A DNA stretch of 64,000 nucleotides from an uncultured delta proteobacterium. GTDB lineage: Bacteria; Myxococcota_A; Polyangia; Polyangiales; Polyangiaceae. The first letter of the stretch is position 1; every line of letters begins with the position of its first letter. The stretch is from assembly GCA_963806225.1 (NCBI GenBank), contig CAWDXG010000004.1:1-64000 (forward strand). Direction: 5' to 3'. Under the pieces are notes generated by a model, which saw only the letters and a program-made list of their open reading frames with translations, was not told the DNA's origin and did no database searches. The translations under genes were made by a program, and so were the position numbers. Shown in pieces: positions 59,940 to 64,000 of the stretch.

Positions 59940-60656
59940 CGCGGGACCGACGACGGCCCGATCATCGAGGCCGAGCAGCCTGACGCGCGTCTACGGCAGG
60001 GGGCAGCGCGAGCCGAAGGCCGTCGATGCGGTCAGCCTCGAAGTGCACCGGCGCGAGATCGTGCTGTCTTCGGTCCCAGCGGATGCGGCAAGAGCACGCT
60101 GCTCGGGATGCTCGGCGGGCTGGACCGTGCCTACACGGGCGCGCTGAAGCTGTTCGGGCAGCGACGTGGCGACACTCCGCGACCGGGAGCTGTCGCGGCT
60201 GCGCGGACGCCACATCGGTTTCGTGTTCCAGTCGTTCCACCTGCTCGACCACCTCACGGTGCTCGGGCAACGTGACGGCGCCAAGCCTGTTCTCGGGCGA
60301 GCCGCTCGACGACGACCGCGTCGAGCAAGCGCGGCCTGGAGGTACTCCGACGCGTCGGCCTCGCAGACAGCGCGCGCGTCTCCCCTGCGGAACTGTCCGG
60401 CGGCCAGCGCCAGCGGGTCGCGCTCGCTCGCGCATTGCTCCGGGAGCCGGAGCTACTGCTCTGCGACGAGCCGACCGGCAATCTCGACCGCGGCACCGGC
60501 GAGCAGATCATCGATCTGTTCGCCGACCTCCATGCGGAGCTCGGAACGACCTTCGTCATCGTCACCCACGAGGACCGGCTGGCGCGGATCGCGCACCGGC
60601 AGCTCGACATGCTGGACGGACGGCTCGCAGACGGCCATGGTCCGGATGATGGTTGA
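59936..60656 (+). CDS. LolD/MacB-like ABC ATP-binding protein (frameshifts)
   Basis: GPSGCGKSTLL, IGFVFQSFHL, LSGGQRQRVA, LCDEPTGNLD and VTHE. Confidence 0.9.
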
Positions 60657-60719
60657 CGAGCCGCATGCCGCCGCCCCGGAGCCGCCGGGCGCGGGGCATC
60701 GAACGGCGCGGAGGCGCCG

Positions 60720-62094
60720 GTGAGAGCGAGCGCGCTCGCCCGCATGGTGCGCGCGGACCTGGGGCGCACGCGCGGCCCGCTGATGACCGCCGGCTTCGGG
60801 ATCCTGGTCGGCACAGCGGCTCTGGTCTTCTTCCTCGCGCTGGGGCTCGGTGCCCGCCGGGTGCTCCTCGGCGATGTGTTCCCGATCGATCAGGTCGAGC
60901 TCGAGCCGACACAGAGCTCGGCAGGCCTGTTGTCGCTTCTGGGCGGGCCCCGCCCACCATCGGGCATCGAGTCCTCGAAGGTTGCCAAGCTCCGGAAGCT
61001 CCCCGGCGTGGCCGAGGTGTACCCGAAGCTGCGCTTCCGCTTTCCGTCCATGGCCTACGGGGGCAAGGAGCTTTTCGGGTCAGGAAATCGGCACGCACGA
61101 GATGATCGGCGACGGCATCGAACCGGCTCTTTTGAAGCCGAAGCTCGCTCGGCGCTTCCAGGATCCGATGCAGCACCCCGGACCGGAGTGCCACGCCGAC
61201 AGCGATTGCACCTCGCCGCAGTACTGCGAGCTGCCGAGCAGCGCCCGCGTGGGCCATTGCTCCGATCCCGTGCCGGCGATCGTCAGCCGCTATCTGGTGG
61301 AGCTTTTCGACCACGCCATCGCGCCCTCGCACGGGCTGCCGCCGGTTGCAGGCGCCCTGCTCCAGCGGGCCCAGGGCGTGGTCTTCACCATGACGCTCGG
61401 AAAGTCGTTGCTGGGCGTCGCCAAGCAGGGTCACGAACGCAGCGTGAAGGTGCGGGTGGTCGGGGTCTCGCCCAAGGCGATCGATCTCGGCGTCACCCTG
61501 CCCGTCCCGGTCGTGCGGCGCTGGAACCGCGAATACGCGGGGGACGCCGCCGGCTCCCTCTATTCAAGCGTGGTGGTCCACGTGAAGAGCGCCAATGATG
61601 CCAGCCGCGTGATCCAGGCGGCGTCGGGGTGGGGGCTCGTTCCCCACGACACGCGGGCGCGCGACGTGAGCGTGCTGATCACCAGCGTGCTGGCCCTGCT
61701 GGTCCTGGTCGCTTCCGTCATCCTGCTCGTGGCGGCGCTGAATATCGCGCACACCTTCCGCGTGCTGGTGGCGGAGCGGCAGCGCGAGATCGGCCTGTAC
61801 CGGGCACTCGGTGCAAGCGCGGCCGACATGCGGGCGTGGATGCTGTCCCTGGCGCTCGTGGTGGGCGCGGCCGGGGGCGCCGCCGGCGCGATCGTGGCCC
61901 GACTGGCTGCTCTGGTGGCGGACTGGCGCGCAGCGGTAGACCTGCCCGACTTCCCCTTCAAACCACGCAGCTTCTTCATATTTCCCTGGTGGTTGTGGCT
62001 GGCTGCGGTGGGCTTTGCGGCGCTGTTCGCGCTACTGGGCGCCCTGGGGCCCGCGCGGCGTGCCGCCCGGACCGATCCAGCACATTCGCTGTGA
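60720..62094 (+). CDS. MacB/FtsX-like ABC permease with a Cys-rich periplasmic insert (frameshift ~61080)
   Basis: N-terminal TM helix; ERQREIGLYRALGAS and PARRAARTDP; insert CHADSDCTSPQYC...C. Confidence 0.85.
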
Positions 62095-62158
62095 AGGGCT
62101 GGCCCCGACCGCGAGGAGTTCCTAGGATGGGGACCCTGCCCGGAAAAGGAGATCACCC

Positions 62159-63244
62159 GTGGACCTGTCGCTTCCCCAGCTGTGCGGCCAGCTGATCGTC
62201 GGCGGTTTCTCCGGAACCGAGCTGCCCGCGGAGCTCTCCAGCGAGCTTGTGGCCGGCCGCCGCGCGGGTGTCATCCTGTTCAAGCGCAATCTGCCGGACG
62301 TGGAGACGGCCCATGAGCTCTCGAGCGTGGTGGTCGACGCCTGCCCGGACGAGCTTCCGCCCTTCATCGGCGTCGATCAGGAAGGCGGGCGGGTCGCGCG
62401 CTTCGGTGAGCCGGTGCTCCAGCTCCCGCCCATGCGCGTGCTGGGCGGCATCGGTGACCGCGACCTGGTGCAGCGCGCCGCCGCCGCGCTCGCCGTGGAG
62501 CTGTCCGCCATGGGGTTCAACCTCGACTTTGCACCCGTGTTGGACGTGGATAGCAACCCGAAGAACCCGATCATCGGCGACCGTTCCTTCGGCAACGACC
62601 CGGATACGGTGGCGCGCCTCGGGCGCGCCTTCATCCGCGGCCTGCAGGAAGGCGGCGTGCTGGCCTGCGGCAAGCACTTCCCCGGCCACGGCGACACGAA
62701 GAAGGACAGCCACGTGGATCTGCCGGTGGTGGGCCGCAGCAAGGAGCAGCTCGACACCGTGGAGCTTCCGCCATTCCGCGCAGCAAGCCACGGCGGAGTA
62801 GCCGCGATGATGACCGCGCACGTCGTCTACGAGGAGCTTGATCCCGGCGTGCCCGCGACCCTGAGCCGGCCCATCTGCACGGGCCTCCTGCGCACGGAGC
62901 TAGGTTTCGGCGGCGTGCTGTTCTCCGACGATCTCGAGATGCGGGCGCTCAGCGACCGCTACAGCATCGAGCAGAGCGCCGTCGCGGCAGTGCGCGCCGG
63001 CTGCGATGCGCTGCTCATCTGCAGCGATCTCGCGCTGCAGCAGCGCGCGCACGCCGCCCTGGTCGAAAAGGCCGACTCGGACGACAGCTTTCGCAGCCGC
63101 TGCAGCGAAGCCGTGGCCCGCAGCCTCTCCGCCCGCCGGCAGACGCCTGCCCGCCCCGTGCCCAGCGTCGAGCAGCTGCGCGCCGCACTCGAGAGCGACG
63201 AAGCCCGCGCCGTGCTCGAGGAAATCGCCGCGCGAACCGCCTAG
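62159..63244 (+). CDS. nagZ: Beta-N-acetylhexosaminidase NagZ (GH3)
   Basis: GVILFKRN, VDQEGGRV, APVLD, KHFPGHG, DSH, MTAHV and FSDDLEM. Confidence 0.95.
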   Translation: MDLSLPQLCGQLIVGGFSGTELPAELSSELVAGRRAGVILFKRNLPDVETAHELSSVVVDACPDELPPFIGVDQEGGRVARFGEPVLQLPPMRVLGGIGDRDLVQRAAAALAVELSAMGFNLDFAPVLDVDSNPKNPIIGDRSFGNDPDTVARLGRAFIRGLQEGGVLACGKHFPGHGDTKKDSHVDLPVVGRSKEQLDTVELPPFRAASHGGVAAMMTAHVVYEELDPGVPATLSRPICTGLLRTELGFGGVLFSDDLEMRALSDRYSIEQSAVAAVRAGCDALLICSDLALQQRAHAALVEKADSDDSFRSRCSEAVARSLSARRQTPARPVPSVEQLRAALESDEARAVLEEIAARTA

Positions 63245-63890
63245 CTGGTCGCACCGCGACCTGTCTGATGCTCCGTCCCCGCGTCCGCTTCGTGATGAGA
63301 CGGACGCGATCCTTCATCGTAGACAGGGCCTTGCCCGCCACCCGGCGCTTCACCACCCGACCCGGGGCTATCCAGAAGGAGTAGCCCAGAATCTTGCGCT
63401 TCCATGCAAGGTCGATCGCGCTCTTCGACTCGTTGACGCGCAGCCGGAGTCGCCCGTACAGCCGCCGTAGCAGCCTCATCACGCGCTCGCCTGCTCGCCG
63501 GGACCGCACGTAGACGTTGCAGTCGTCGGCGTAGCGCACGAAGGCGTGACCGCGCTTCTCCAGCTCCTTGTCGACCTCGTCGAGGAGCACGTTCGCGAGC
63601 AGCGGCGACAAGGGCCCGCCTTGCGGCGTCCCCTCGTGCCGTTCCACCACCACCCCGTTCGCCAGCACGCCGGCTTCGAGATAGCGGCGGATGAGCCCCA
63701 GCACGCGGCGGTCGCCGACGCGCTTCGCCATCCTTCCCATCAGCACGTCGTGGTGTACGCGGTCGAAGAATTGCTCCAGGTCCACGTCCACCACCCACTT
63801 GCGACCGGCCTGGACGTGCCGCTGCGCTTCGACGACAGCGTCGTGCGCACGGTGACCGGGCCGGAAGCCGTGGCTGTGCTTCGAGAAGTC
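63245..63890 (-). pseudogene. ltrA: Group II intron reverse transcriptase/maturase fragment (class C-like)
   Basis: FSKHSHGFRPG, WVVDVDLEQFFDRV, GTPQGGPLSPLLAN, FVRYADD and LRVNESKS. The N-terminal RT0-RT1 region and the end of domain X are missing. Confidence 0.9.
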
Positions 63891-64000
63891 CGTGCCCGCC
63901 GCCGCCTCGGATCCGGTCCTTGTACATCGGCCCGCGGTTTCGCTCCCCGCTTCCTTCCCACGGTCGGTCGCTCTCCCGCAGTTGCGGTTCGCTTCGATCG
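63891..64000 (-). mobile_element. Group II intron (IIC-like) RNA domain I fragment, continuing past the window edge
   Basis: Minus strand gaagcgaaccgcaactgcg...gaaggaagcggggagcgaaacc...gatgtacaaggaccggatccgaggc resembles class C intron 5' RNA as I recall it; no alignment was run. Confidence 0.6.

Overview
This is a very GC-rich chromosomal segment that looks myxobacterial. Supporting features are a MYXO-CTERM protein, many Cys-rich and Gly-rich lipoproteins, and a stand-alone groEL. Most of it is housekeeping: surE, apt, epmA, pgsA, hisBHA, lon, ilvE, a ugp-like ABC transporter, tRNA-Gln/Glu, groL, yfgM-bamB, recG, greA, bamD, an NtrC-family regulator, dut, accD-folC-yajQ-glmM and nagZ. Dozens of small indels split genes, including essential ones, and they are densest at about 45-61 kb. 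These are best read as long-read assembly errors, so coordinates of frameshifted genes are approximate. Features not visible in the ORF track: (1) a 28-bp Xer/dif site at 38776-38803, with GGGNAGGG (KOPS) polarity switching across it, which places the window at the probable replication terminus; (2) a four-helix-bundle (Avd/IVS-like) gene inside a cassette bounded by bipartite direct repeats, with a hexamer-periodic inverted-repeat leader and REP-like hairpins, which is the best candidate for an undescribed element; (3) a two-module HNH nuclease gene with a repeat-rich 620-nt leader next to a truncated nucleotidyltransferase; (4) a secreted protein built from six CxFxDC-GWTT repeats; (5) an ABC operon split by an antisense lipoprotein gene; (6) an orphan FliQ/SctS gene; (7) an internally deleted class C group II intron at the right edge.
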